From Octopus sinensis (lineage: Eukaryota), in NCBI RefSeq assembly GCF_006345805.1, contig NC_043006.1, positions 21,576,001-21,640,000 of the forward strand: a DNA stretch of 64,000 nucleotides, given 5' to 3'. The translations under genes and the position numbers were made by a program. Positions 1 through 12,155 of the stretch are shown piece after piece; within the stretch, counting starts at the first letter, position 1; each line of letters starts with the position of its first letter. The notes under the pieces were generated by a model. That model made no database searches and was not told where the DNA came from. It saw only the letters and a program-made list of their open reading frames with translations.

Positions 1-749
1 TTCGATTTTAAAACTGAAATTCTATTTGAATTGTTAAGAAAAAATATTTAAGATTCAACTTGTATTCAAATTTGAATTTAGCAAGTCTTCTTACACTTCC
101 AGTTTATAGAAGCATTGCCGCAATATAAATTTGAAACTTCAAAGCAAACAAAACTAAATGGTAAAACTGAATCAAATGGAAACCTTAAAGCACTCATGAA
201 TAACATCATTACACACATTTTGGTGCATAACCAATACAGATAATGAGAAGCAATAAAGGATCAAAATTAATATCTCTTTACATCATCAACAAACCACACC
301 ACATACCCAACAAAAGTAATTACAAATCTCCTCCAAATATACTTTCCGCTCCGCATATCTGCCTGCAATCCCAAATAATTCCCCTCTCTACCTCAACTAT
401 CAGCTCAAACACTTTTCAAAAATCTCTTCAAAGTAAAACAGAAATAGAAAACACAAGCTACCCTAAACTATCAGCTTGCCTCTTTTCCTTCAGCTAGACA
501 CAAGATAATATAAATATGAAAGACACAAACCTAAAACCTTTTACAAATTCCTGGAATATTTTGCATCTGAAAGAAATAGAGCTCTGATAATTATTTTCAA
601 CTACTCGTGCCAATATACACAAATTCAAAAGTCTGGAAACTTGGTGGTATGATAGGAAGTGTCTTCTAATTTGCTTAATTGTCATTCAAAAGCGAATATG
701 ACCTGGTAGCTTGTACCTAGCTTTCACTAATTGATTAGATACCTATGTA

Positions 750-979
750 CAGCCATGGTCAAAAGTTTGGAACACTTTTTACAATTAAAATTGTTATACG
801 CTTATACAATTCAATTCAAATATAACTTTGGGCATTTAATATAAACATTCTAATTTTTCATACTTATGTTTCATACTTTTGGCCAAGTAATAATATATTG
901 CAAATTAAATATAGCTTTGTGTATTTGATATAAAAATTCTAATTTTCAGACCTATGTTCCAAACTTTTGGCCATGACTG
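750..979. mobile_element. Tc1/mariner-type MITE, 230 bp
   Basis: TIRs CAGCCATGGTCAAAAGTTTGGAACA and TGTTCCAAACTTTTGGCCATGACTG; TA on both flanks (748-749, 980-981). Confidence 0.85.
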
Positions 980-1039
980 TAGATGCGAGCAGACGTAGAT
1001 ACCCTCTTAGTACCCGCATCCTTGGTCCACTGATAATGA

Positions 1040-1170
1040 CGCACTAGCAGCCGGTACATATTTACATTCTAATGACTAGAGCTACGTGAGGTGATGTACC
1101 TTGCTCAATGTCAAAACACACCGCCCAGTCTACAAATGAAATCTACAGACATGATCAAGAGCCTAACTCC
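1040..1170 (-). mobile_element. Old SINE fragment (B-like head)
   Basis: Degenerate similarity to the reverse complement of the old SINE-B head at 6783. Confidence 0.4.
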
Positions 1171-1654
1171 CAAAATACCTGGTCACGCAGCTTCATAGCA
1201 AATGTTAAAACTAAAAAAAGAAAGGAGTTCGAAACAGAACCTCTTTGACCTGTCACTCTCCTGTTCATGGCATCAAAACATTTTGAAAATCCTGCTCCAT
1301 CTTACAACATCGATTCAAAACGGTATTCTTACCGACACACTACTTTGGAAACATTTCAAAGAATAGATGACAGTTACCACAGCAGAACATTTCTATTCAT
1401 ACACAAAGTTCTCAGACAATTAGTGATTAACACAAAATCCTAAATCGCGAACACTCTCACGCTGCCAATCCTTGTGTAATGTACAATAACAATTTTCTAA
1501 AATTTTAATTTAATTTTTACAATTGTTTTGAATTTTTTTCTTTTTATTCATAAGAAATCTTTATTAATTTCCTTTTGTTCTTCTTATGAAGCATTCAAGT
1601 AAATTTTATATGACATGAATACAACAGATTAAAGTATATTAATTGTTTTTTTAC

Positions 1655-1738
1655 CTTTATTGATACAACATAAAAGGGAAACCAACAAATCCAGCCGGTG
1701 GGATTTCAAATAAAAGCATAGTAGAACAAAGCAAAACT
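1655..1738 (-). CDS. Candidate 84-bp internal exon of an unidentified gene (FCFVLLCFYLKSHRLDLLVSLLCCINK)
   Basis: Acceptor tcttttgcag, donor AAG|gtaaaa, one open frame, frame-preserving length. No homology recognised. Confidence 0.2.
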
Positions 1739-2782
1739 CTGCAAAAGATATCATCTGCTGCTTTGGCTTTTTCTATCAACTCACTACATTTTTTTTTTTT
1801 TTTGATAAAAAAAATTCATTAAGAAAAATTTTTAGTTGGTTCCAAGAAAAAAAATTATATTTCCAGCTAAGTAGCCTTTTGTGCGAATTTTTAATTATTC
1901 TGTATTATTCACGAAACTTGCACGTCAAGATTAGATTTTTAGTTAACCTTTGCAAAGATCGTGTTAATGTAACTCCAAAATATGGTGTTCTTACACGCAA
2001 TCCTACTCATTCTGTAGAGAAGTTGGTCTAAATTTCTACTGTGAAAAGAAATAATGAATTATAAGTTTTGTTACGGTTAAATTGACAACGTTCTCATTTT
2101 GTTTCGTATAATTGATTCTTAGATGAAGTTGACTGGAAAATTAGACGAAAACAATAATGGAAATTTAATAATTCAGAATTATAATTATAGGATTCACGCA
2201 GTTTCTCATCAATCCCAAATAAAACAAAAGAAAGAAAGAAAAAATAAGAGTATGGAAAGGAAACAGTTATTTTCATAATTCGCTAGTGACAAAACGGACA
2301 ATATCATAATACAAGCAAAAATATATATCTGCAAGAAATAAAAACCAAAAATATCTTATCAAAGTTCGTTCAGGATCAATGAAGCTTAACAATGTAGTAT
2401 AAGCTTATATGTAGTATAAGTAAGATGGAATAATAAAAGCATGAAATATTTAGTATTTTTATTGAGATGGAGAAATATAAACTAGTTGATCAGTTGCATA
2501 TATAATATTTTAGCATAGGTATAAAAGCCCATATATCTATCAAATGTACCTGTAGAAGAAATAGTTAACATATTTGTGTAACGAACTATCAATATGTATG
2601 TATGTCCAACAGCCTGTTAGGGTGTTGGTCCATCTATTCCTTCTATGGATATAGTGAATACATGTGTGTGTGTGTATGTATGTGTGTGTGTGTGTGTGCG
2701 TGTATGTGTGTACGAATGTATTCATTATATTCATAGAAAGAATAGATAGATTGGCTTCCAAACATACTGACGGATATATATA

Positions 2783-3008
2783 TTTCTTTATTGCCCACAA
2801 GGGGCTAAACATAGAGGGGACAAACAAGGACAGACAAACGGATTAAGTCGATTACACCGACCCCAGTGCGAAACTGGTACTTTATTTATCGACCCGGAAA
2901 GGATGAAAGGCAAAATCGACCTCGGCGGAATTTGAACTCAGAACGTAACGACAGACGAAATACCGCAAAGCATTTCGCCCGACGCGCTAACGTTTCTGCC
3001 AGATCGCC
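2783..3008 (-). mobile_element. SINE-A, young subfamily (Tx1-like tail)
   Basis: tRNA-like head with GTTCAAATTCC B-box; tail CCCCTTGTGGGCAATAAAGAAA; near-identical to about 10 other copies in the window. Confidence 0.9.
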
Positions 3009-3039
3009 TATGTACTGACGGACATATAGACACACAGTA

Positions 3040-3480
3040 GCCGCTGTTAGGCAGAGCATCGTTATAGTAGAGGAATACCGTATCAAATATTCGTTTAGAA
3101 GTTTTTTTTTCTAAATTTTTCAAGAGTGCGGCCATCATAGCTACGAGATATTCGCAACCCGCCATCTCGGTATAACAGCAGTCATACGATCCTATCTATA
3201 CATAAAAAACCCATCTGTATCTGATTTTTTAACCTATGCTGAGTCCTTACTAAATAGAAGAGTGTTTTCTCGCAAGCATGATAATGTCCAGGTCTATTTG
3301 GTTTATATCAATCGCATTATCGAGCAACGATCTCGATATCGAGGGATAAAAATCTACAATGTCAAATTGTATAAATCTAGCTCTTTCTTCATCTTTGCAG
3401 CAGTTTAACTGTCCCTCTAATTCTGATATTAATATTCCTTAGTTACTAAATATCCTCTTCATGTCATATGTTTTTGTTTA
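3040..3480 (-). pseudogene. Penelope-like element reverse transcriptase relic
   Basis: Minus strand translates to ERARFIQFDIVDFYPSISRSLLDNAI, then IIMLARK/TLLFSKDSA*VKK, then AGCEYLVA, matching PLE RT motifs, with frameshifts. Confidence 0.7.
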
Positions 3481-3569
3481 GAAAATAGTATCAGCTGATA
3501 GCAAGTCCTCGCCAAACGATTCCATTTCAAAGATTACTTTCTCCAAGGTAGATTATCTCCACTACGACC

Positions 3570-3830
3570 AGTGATCTCCATACCCTTGATATATCGGATG
3601 GTCGTTGACTCTTCCGAGTTTCTCTTTCCTTTGACAGCTCTTCATTTTCATCCCAAAGGGTATTTTAAAAGTTACATTCCTCAACAAGCAAGCTTAGTGG
3701 AATTGCCGGTTTCGTCTGCGACGAGCCGACCTAGAGACAGGTTATACTGAGTTACACGTTACCAGTAACGCTAGGGCAACCTTACATGCATATGTGTGAA
3801 TGTACGTGTTTATGTTTACACCGGTTAAAA
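3570..3830 (-). repeat. Diverged repeat, copy 1 (inverted partner at 4770-5010)
   Basis: Reverse complement aligns by eye with 4770-5010 (gcatgt.aggtt..cctagcg.tactggtaac.tgtaactca...ctaagctt.cttg.tgagga...gggatgaaaa). Confidence 0.7.
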
Positions 3831-4526
3831 AAACTATTGTTGTTTACGCTATGTCAGCATGCCCACTCATTTTCCGGTTCGAAAACAGTCGTGTGATACA
3901 TTACACCATAAAAATAACGTGGTTCGATTTTTAGATGCATTGCATTCGTGAACAGTTTTTTCTTTTCTTGATAGAAAATTTCTCTTTGACAAATATTTCC
4001 AGAATAAACTACCTTTATCAGCATAAAATATTTATTTTAAAAACAAAAGCCTTTTATTTTAGCTAACTTTGACACAAATTCTCGTGCAGTTTTTGAATCC
4101 CTACATGAACCTCCGCCATGCTATATGATATTAGGCTGAAAGCTTCGGTTCAAAAATTTCTTAAGCCATTTCTTATAAATAAAAATTCCAAGTTAGTTGA
4201 TTTGTTGTTATCTGATATGTAATGCAGATTTGAACGAAAACTTTTACTGCATTTTCTTATATAGCAAAGCTGTCTGGAGGCAATACTTTTTCAGTTTTAT
4301 CTTCTATCCATTGTTTCCATAATGTTACTCTAAATGTATATGTTCTAAAGTTCTTCAAAATTCTACTGCTACACTGGATCTCATTTATAACTCGTTTATA
4401 TGAAAATGTTTCTCTGAAGCTCTTAGGGGCTTAATATTTTAGTATTCATTTCTAAACAAACTGATTTTCTCGTCATATTTCGTGTGACATGTATAACTTT
4501 ATAATTCGTATCTCAACTCGAATGTG

Positions 4527-4737
4527 GTGCGATGGCAGAATGGTTAGCACGCTGGGAAAATGATTAGCAGCAGTTTCCCTTTCTTTACATTCTGAATTCA
4601 AATACCGCTGAACTTGACTTTGCATTTCATCACATTCAGACTCAATAAAATGTGTACCAGATGAGCGCTGGAGTCGATGAGATCGACTTACCCCCTCCTT
4701 CGAATTCGCTTGCCTTGTACCAAAATTTGAGACTAAT
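4527..4737 (+). mobile_element. SINE-A, old subfamily (alternative tail)
   Basis: Degenerate SINE-A head and core; tail ccttgtaccaaaatttgag. Confidence 0.7.
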
Positions 4738-4769
4738 ACTTAATCTCGAATTTTATACAGTGTAAGCAT

Positions 4770-5010
4770 AAACACGGGAACACTCACACTTTTGCATGTC
4801 AGGTTCCCTAGCGCTACTGGTAACATGTAACTCAATACAACCTGTTCCAAGGTCGAGTCGCCGGAGAGAAAATCGGCAACCCTGCTAAGCTTACTTGGTG
4901 AGGAGAGTAATTTTTTAATACCGTTCGGGATGAAAACATAGCCCTGCAAAGGGAAGAGGAAATCAGGGGAGTTAACAGCCATCTATTATAGTCAAAGGTA
5001 GCTTGCTGAA
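4770..5010 (+). repeat. Diverged repeat, copy 2
   Basis: Inverted homologue of 3570-3830. Confidence 0.7.
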
Positions 5011-5209
5011 TCATTTGCAGGTCGGATAAAAGGCTTTGCAGCAGAGCACTAAGCAAACTTAAGACGTAATATGAAAGAAAGTAAAAAAGAAATTTGTACA
5101 AACTGAGAACAACGTTTAAGCATATACATATACTGCAGGTACTTATGTGTGTATGTATATGTATGTGTGTGCGTGTGCGTGTGTGCGCATATTTTTATTC
5201 CCATACATA

Positions 5210-5424
5210 TTTACTACCCACAAAGGGCTAAACATAGAGAGGACAGACATAGGTATTAAGTCGATTACATCGGCCCCAGTGCGTAACTGGTACTTAATTT
5301 ATCGACCCCAAAAGGATGAAAGGCAAAGTCGACCTCGGCGGAATTTGAACTCAGAACGTAACGGCAGACGAAATACGGCTACGCATTTCGCCCGGCGTGC
5401 TAACGATTCTGCCAGCTCGCCGCC
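5210..5424 (-). mobile_element. SINE-A, young
   Basis: Full head, core and tail; adjacent to a (CATA)n tract. Confidence 0.9.
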
Positions 5425-5504
5425 TTTAGATAAATATAGACACCAATACACACACACACATACATACATACATACATACATACATACATACATACATACA
5501 TACA

Positions 5505-5536
<32 letters not shown>

Positions 5537-6338
5537 CACTAGCAGTAGTACCCAGTGTTCTCGGTGTTTATTAATTGTAAACACAGATACTATCACATGA
5601 ATTGACTAGATTATGTATAAATCTTCTGGTAGTTCAAGAATTTTGCCTAAAAACTTGTTTACGTTCAATTCAGAAAATATGATTTAAGATAAGCTATATA
5701 AAAATGCGTAAAAAAGATAATGTAAAAAGAAAAATAAACTTTTAGTCATGCATTTTTTTTTTTTTTTACTAGAGAATTGTTTCTTTTTTTTAATTTGAGT
5801 GTACTTGCCAGGTAACTGAGTTGATCTCAGACCGTCTGTTGAAAATAAACTGACCGCTGCGTGGAAGACATTCCAAGACATGATTCCAACTGCATGTCAG
5901 TCAGTAGATCGCAGTTGGTGCGATTAAAAATTTGACACCAAATAACGGCGGTGCATCAGCATGGCCGCAGCTCTGAGCTGAAACTAAAAACAAAAAAAAA
6001 GAAAGAAAGAATAGATGTTAAAGTGAACTTTGTGTATTTTCGAATGGCTAATATGTTTTTCGAACTGCAATGCTGCTTTTCGCTTTAAAATTTTTACAAA
6101 ATAAGGTACAATTATATAAAATTATTGAAAATATATTTTTCTGATCCGTAACGTTTTCCAGTGTTTGCTGTGGTTCATGGATGTGTGCATTATTCTTAGT
6201 ATTTCCAATCAGGAGTTGTAAAGAACTGATTTTTAGGAAAGAGTTATGCAGTCTATGGTGTTATTAAATGAAAAGGTGAGCTCCAGGGCAACATTCTAGG
6301 TCCCTGGGTGCAAAACTACAGTCAACACCTTGGAACAT

Positions 6339-6748
6339 TCTCTTTTACTCTTTTACTTGTTTCAGTCATTTGACTGCGGCCATGCTGGAGCACCGCCTTT
6401 AATCGAGCAACTCGACCCCGGGACTTATTCTTTTTGTAAGCCCAGTACTTATTCTATCGGTCTCTTTTTGCCGAACCGCTAAGTAACGGGGACATAAACA
6501 CACCAGCATCGGTTGTCAAGCAATGCTAGGGGGACAAACACAGACACACAAACACACACACGCATATATATATATATATACATATATACGACGGGCTTCT
6601 TTCAGTTTCCGTCTACCAAATCCACTCACAAGGCTTTGGTCGGCCTGAGGCTATAGTAGAAGACACTTGCCCAAAGTGCCACGCAGTGGGACTGAACCCA
6701 GAACCATGTGGTTGGTAAACAAGCTACTTATCACACAGCCACTCCTGC
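6339..6748 (-). mobile_element. SINE-C (tRNA-like head, internal TA/TG microsatellite)
   Basis: Near-identical to 60533-60945 and similar to 34070-34460. Confidence 0.85.
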
Positions 6749-6782
6749 GATATATACTATCACCCTTATATACTAAAGATGT

Positions 6783-7092
6783 GAAGGTGCGTGGCTTAGT
6801 AGTCAAAATAATCGGTTCGCGATCGTAAGGTTATGATTTCAATTCCCGGTGGCACGTTGTAACTTTCAGCAAGATACTTTAATTCATGTTACTCCACTTC
6901 ACTCAGCTGGCAAAAATGAGTTGTACCCGTAATTCAAATGACCGGCCTTAACACATTCTGAGGCACGCTGAACCTACTTGAGATATACGTAAAAGGTATG
7001 CGTGTCTGTGGAGTGCTCAGCCACTTGCACGATCAGGTTGCTCCGTTGATCGGATTGACTAGAACTCTCGTCGTCGTAACCGACGGAGTGCC
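6783..7092 (+). mobile_element. SINE-B, old copy
   Basis: 3' part gtgtctgtggagtgctcagccac...cgtcgtaaccgacggagtgc is shared with the young B copies. Confidence 0.75.
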
Positions 7093-7321
7093 AATATATG
7101 CTAGCAATATACAAGTCAGCCGATTAGCAGAGTCGTTACAGCGCCAGATACATTGTTTTGCGGTAATCATTCCAGCTCTGATTTCTAACTTCAAATCCCG
7201 CCGAGAGCATATTTACTTTCCGTCCTTTCGAAATCAATATATAAAGTAACAGTTCTGTACAAGGAATTTCGATCCATTTTCTCTGTCTATTTTTCTCTAT
7301 TTGTCGGTGTTTCTTTCTCAG

Positions 7322-7345
7322 GAAAAATTGTTGTGGTCAGACCAG
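7322..7345 (+). CDS. Candidate 24-nt microexon
   Basis: Long pyrimidine tract ending tttctttctcag, then GAAAAATTGTTGTGGTCAGACCAG, then gtaaga donor; open in all frames. Confidence 0.25.
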
Positions 7346-7749
7346 GTAAGAGACAGACTGCGCCGAATCTAATATGCCCAGGGTACACAGTATGCCACGA
7401 CAACACACCCATAACTCTATCTGATGGTGGTGATTTACTTCGACGCAATTAAACCTTATGTAAAGATCAGACACACAAACACATACACAGAAACACACAC
7501 ACACGCACAAGCACATACAAACAGAGAAAGAGAGAGGCTGTAAGTAAAATAGAATGCAAGGAATAGTCGAATACTACAGTTGTTTCAAAAGGTGGTCCCA
7601 TGCATATTACGTAACGTTATGAATGTTTCATATCTATCCAGTGTCCTTTTGTATTAGGTACATGCGAACATTACTTGAGGATTATCTACCGTGATGAATA
7701 TTTCAAAAGCACGGGATTACAACAGAGACGTACATTTTTAGAATAAAAA

Positions 7750-7960
7750 AACAAGAGTGGAAATGGGAAAGAGCCAATGGTATGCCCTATCCACAAATTA
7801 CCTTAGCAAAATTGATGGGGATCTGGCTTCATTTCGTAAGCTGCATACACAGATTTATGGTGTAGCTACAGGAAATTCTAATCTAATTAATTTCCATCTG
7901 GAGTGAATGAGGAGAAACCGGAACACAAAAAATGGGATGTTGATTAGTACTAGTACTACC
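7750..7960 (+). repeat. Old repeat relic, possibly LINE endonuclease; inverted partner at 9700-9920
   Basis: Aligns with the reverse complement of 9700-9920 (agctgcatac.ca...gctacagga.attctaa...gaacacaaaaaa.ggg). Confidence 0.55.
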
Positions 7961-8195
7961 CCAACTTCGTTAATCCTTCCATTCTTGTCAGCGATAAAAC
8001 TGGGGCCCTGACTACAATAACCTGAACAACCTGCGCGGAGTTCCTCCTGTGCATTTGCTGACATTTGTCTAATAACATTGCTTATCAGTGTATAGTTGCT
8101 ACAAATCAGACTAGATTAGATTATATAGATGCTTCTTGCAATGACTAAGTTTCGATTACATAATTACAGTATGACATTTAGGTCCGAATCTAAGG

Positions 8196-8741
8196 CTAGT
8201 AGCACATCTTTATCAAAGTTCATTTGGAAAATCAAAAAAAGGATTTGGTAGACTACATCAGATAATCCGTCGTTCAACGCGCAAAAGCCCACAGGGTTAT
8301 ATAATAAGGGATCGTATGTATTGCAAAAGGCTAGTAGCACTCTTTATCAAAGTTAATTTGGAAAATCAAAAAAGGATTTGGTAGACTACATCAGATAATC
8401 CGTCGTTCAACGCGCAAAAGCCCACAGGGATTATAATAATAAGGGATCGTTATGTATTGCAAAAGGGCTAGTAGCACATCTTTATCAAAGTTAATTTGGA
8501 AAATCAAAAAACGGATTTGGTAGACTACATCAGATAATCCGTCGTTCAACGCGCAAAAGCCCACAGGGATTATAATAATAAGGGATCGTTATGTATTGCA
8601 AAAGGGCTAGTAGCACATCTTTATCAAAGTTAATTTGGAAAATCACAAAAGGATTTGGTAGACTACATCAGATAATCCGTCGTTCAACGCGCAAAAGCCC
8701 ACAGGGATTATAATAATAAAGGATCGTTATGTATTGCAAAA
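8196..8741. repeat. Minisatellite, 4 units of 135-139 bp
   Basis: Units start with ctagtagcac at 8196, 8331, 8468 and 8607 and are nearly identical. Confidence 0.95.
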
Positions 8742-9328
8742 ATTAAGAGAATCACGTACAGTATGGATATTATTATTAATAGCTTTGATGAACTAATCAT
8801 AAGCTATGAACATAGATTGCGCAATACCTTTCTCAAACTCAAATTCACGTCAGACAATACTAGTTGCTCCCCCTCAATTAGTAGTTACATAATTTCTTAA
8901 GGGACCACATTTTCCCTCACCACAAGATCTGTAATATATCTATTTAACATTATTTAGTCCAGTATTCACATTCCTAGGTAGATATTTCACCGAGTTTTAT
9001 TAACGTGTATACGAACTACTGGATCCTATATTATTTATCTAAATTGACTACAACGTAGCTTTTACGTATGCACATTTTTACTACTCGTTTATATGCGTCT
9101 ACTTTGATCATTGTATCACACATGGCACACAGTTGTGTGAGATTAATGCTTCCTGTTTTGTCTTCACATCTTTCTATATGTACAACGACCTGCAGAGGTG
9201 TTTATGTACTTTTCTTCTCTTTCCTTTTTTTTTCAGCATGTGTGAATTTACGCATTTGTTACTATAGATTTAACTTTTGTGGACCTGTCTCATTTTAGCT
9301 TTTTATGAAATACTTTCTTCTCATATTA

Positions 9329-9390
<62 letters not shown>

Positions 9391-9699
9391 GTGTGTGTGT
9401 GTGTGTATGTGTGTATATACATGCATATGTGTGTATACATACATACATACATACTTCATGCATATATGCTTACAGATATTTATGTGCGTATATAATATAT
9501 ATGTATTTATGTATGTATTATGTACAGATATGTTGAGTAGTCGTAAATTTTCGTCGTATCTTCTTTGTGAGTGTGGACGTGTGTATAATGTATGTGTATA
9601 TATACGTAACTTACAAGTGGCTTTTTCAATCTGTTCCTTTCCTTCTTTCTATTCAGTTCTCTCTTTCTTTCCCTATGAACTTTTATTACTTGCAATATC

Positions 9700-9920
9700 T
9701 TTCCTAAGTAATAAACATCCCCGTTTTTTGTGTTCTGGCTTCCTTTCATTGATGGAAGCTAATCGGTTTAGAATCTCCTGTAGCAATACCATTATTTTGA
9801 GTATGCAGCTAATGAAATGAAAACACAGCCCAGTCTATCTTGCTAATGTAATCGGTGAGTAGGACATACCAGTCACTGTTTCCCAATTCCATTTTTCACC
9901 CTACAGTTTTGATTCTCACA
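9700..9920 (-). repeat. Old repeat relic (partner of 7750-7960)
   Basis: See 7750-7960. Confidence 0.55.
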
Positions 9921-10315
9921 ATATACGTCCCTCTTGTAACCTGGGAGTAATGGTCGCATGTAACTGATGAAAACAACACTGGATAGGTAAGAAACATTGA
10001 CGATGTTATATAATAAGCATTGATGTCCCCTATTGAAATAGTTACAGAAATTGATTACCTGTTCCTTCCTTTCTACTTAGAGACTTGATCATTGCATAAT
10101 AAGCGCATTTGTTGCTTCGGAACTGAAGTTGCAAAGTAAATGTCATCGGAAATTTCTGAATATCGCTGATATAATGCATTGATTAATAAACATTATTGAT
10201 CAATTATCGAGCCACTTGTATTTTCTAGATAAGCCTTGTTCATGTAGAGACTAAACAACTGCTTTTGCCAAGCTCACTTGACTGACTCTACTAGATTATA
10301 TATATATATATATGC

Positions 10316-10394
<79 letters not shown>

Positions 10395-10396
<2 letters not shown>

Positions 10397-10634
10397 GTTG
10401 TTGTATTTGAGTAGTTGAATGAATTATCTTGTTATGGATAATTCGGTTAACCGATACCTGGGTAGCAAATTCACATCAGAGAAGACACGTTTGAAGTTAC
10501 GTGCTTTCGTGTGGAAATTTGTATGTTTTTTTTTTTTATATAAATATATGAAAGAATGGAGTTGAACGACGAATTAACAAAATTAAGGAATTTGTTAATT
10601 CGTCGTTCAACTCCATTCTTTCATATATTTATAT
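10395..10634. mobile_element. Penelope-like terminal fragment with fold-back (hairpin 10538-10634), between (TA)n tracts
   Basis: Homologous to 36354-36730; near-perfect inverted arms of about 45 bp around aagg. PLE identity is inferred from the structure. Confidence 0.55.
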
Positions 10635-10993
10635 TTATATATATATATATATAATATATATATAGTTCAGCAAATTTAGATTCAGACGAATATTGGTACT
10701 TAAGTTAAAGGCACCAGAATTTTGTATGATATTATCCATATAAATCAAATGGGGTGATTATAATCAAAATAAGCAACAAGGATATCCAAGGTAGTTAGTA
10801 GCAATTGTTTCATTGCTACTTCATTTTAATAAACACTGTAAGTAATTACATCAGTTTTAAAATATATGTGGGCTGAAGATTGCTCGACATTTTATAACTT
10901 GATGTAATACTAACAGTGTTTAATACTGTTTAATTATGTGTTGCTTATTTTGATCATATATATTATATATATATATATATATTATATATAATC

Positions 10994-11038
<45 letters not shown>

Positions 11039-11243
11039 GGGACGTACATAATATATATAAAACAGGAGACAGGTATCGTTTCTGTTTGGCTGCCAACATC
11101 TGTTCATTCTGTTCGAACTGATTTCGCATTCAGTGCAATGATACACTTTTAGAGGCTAATTAATGACGTGAAACTAATTTTGCTTCAAGTCAAGAAATAA
11201 AGCGTTATTAGTTATTAAAATTTGAAAATTTTGTTAATTTTAG

Positions 11244-11383
11244 CCAATCGGAAGCCACAGACTCAGTCATACCTGTTTCGTTAATAAGAAGCGGAACATG
11301 AGAACTTTTTTTGTCTCTCAACGTGTCTGTTGCCATAGTAACAAACGAATCCGCGAAGTCTTTGAAAAGTCTTTTATCTCCGA
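11244..11383 (+). promoter_or_regulatory. Putative promoter / first non-coding exon with CCAAT box and RFX X-box
   Basis: AGCCAATCG (CCAAT 11244-11248), GTTGCCATAGTAAC at 11329-11342 fitting the X-box consensus, and donor-like CGA|gtaagc at 11383/11384. Confidence 0.5.
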
Positions 11384-11919
11384 GTAAGCACGTGTTGACA
11401 AATTTGACGCTGTGTTCTGTGTTCTGTGTGATTATGTCTGCAAGCTCCAGTAACTTCGTTTATTTTTAAAATAAAAACTGAAAGTTAAATGTTTGGTTTT
11501 TAATGCTTAAATGTTTGCGTTTTAAACATATTTTATTCGCTCTTATATTCATATATAACATATAAACATGTACATCTTTTGGAACATTGTTATTTTATAA
11601 GATTTTTCTGACAAATTTTTAAATTAACATAAACATTTATTAGCGTTAAAGAAAATTACCGGGGAACTTTCATCTAATTCTTCCAAATCTTGCCGTTAAA
11701 AACTTTAATGTGTTTATCGCATGTAACGTGTTGTTTATCACATTTGCATTAAATGTATATTCAATGCTTAAATGCTTGCTTCTTTTTGTAATTGAGCATT
11801 GAAGTGGTTGTGAGATGTGCTAAAAATAACAGCTAAATAAGATTTATATACATGGAAGAAAATTACCGGAGACGTATCACGTGCTGTTTACAAATATTGA
11901 TAATACCTGCTATTTTCAG

Positions 11920-12110
11920 GATGTTGACAACAAAGTCTGCAGTCACGCACAAAATGACAGCTTCCAAATCCTGTTTCCTGACAGGAGGAAAATGATTAAA
12001 CTTTAAACCTGTATAACATTTTTAAAATCATTTTTTTCTGGAAAAAATCTAATAGCTCCAGCAATGCAGTTTGGGCAAGTGTATTACTGTGCCAAATTAA
12101 AAGAATTTCG
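11920..12110 (+). other. Candidate exon 2 (5'UTR plus MQFGQVYYCAKLKEF from ATG 12064)
   Basis: Acceptor tattttcag at 11919; donor CG|gtaaac at 12110; in-frame upstream stop. Product not recognised. Confidence 0.25.
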
Positions 12111-12155
12111 GTAAACTAATTTTTGTAAAGCTGGCAGCCAAAGCGAAAAAGATCC

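Larger units (their letters stand above)
100..1450 (+). pseudogene. Heavily degraded LINE ORF2 relic (endonuclease C-term to RT N-term), interrupted by a MITE and a SINE
   Basis: Manual translation gives SAPHICL (about 345), LETWWYDRKC (about 630) and PVTLLFMASKHFE (about 1250), resembling SPDI, PWW and RPISLL motifs. Many stops and frameshifts; boundaries approximate. Confidence 0.35.

Noticed and set aside
4795-4905. HDV-like ribozyme (CAGGTT/AACCTG pairing and GCTAAG)
   Set aside because: Could not build P2/P3/P1.1 in the nested pseudoknot order.
8196-8741. CRISPR-like array
   Set aside because: Eukaryotic context, whole units are repeated with no unique spacers, and there are no cas genes.
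9507-9749. Basic ORF ending at a consensus gtaagt donor
   Set aside because: Overlaps an old repeat pair and a purine-rich low-complexity stretch; no acceptor or start support.
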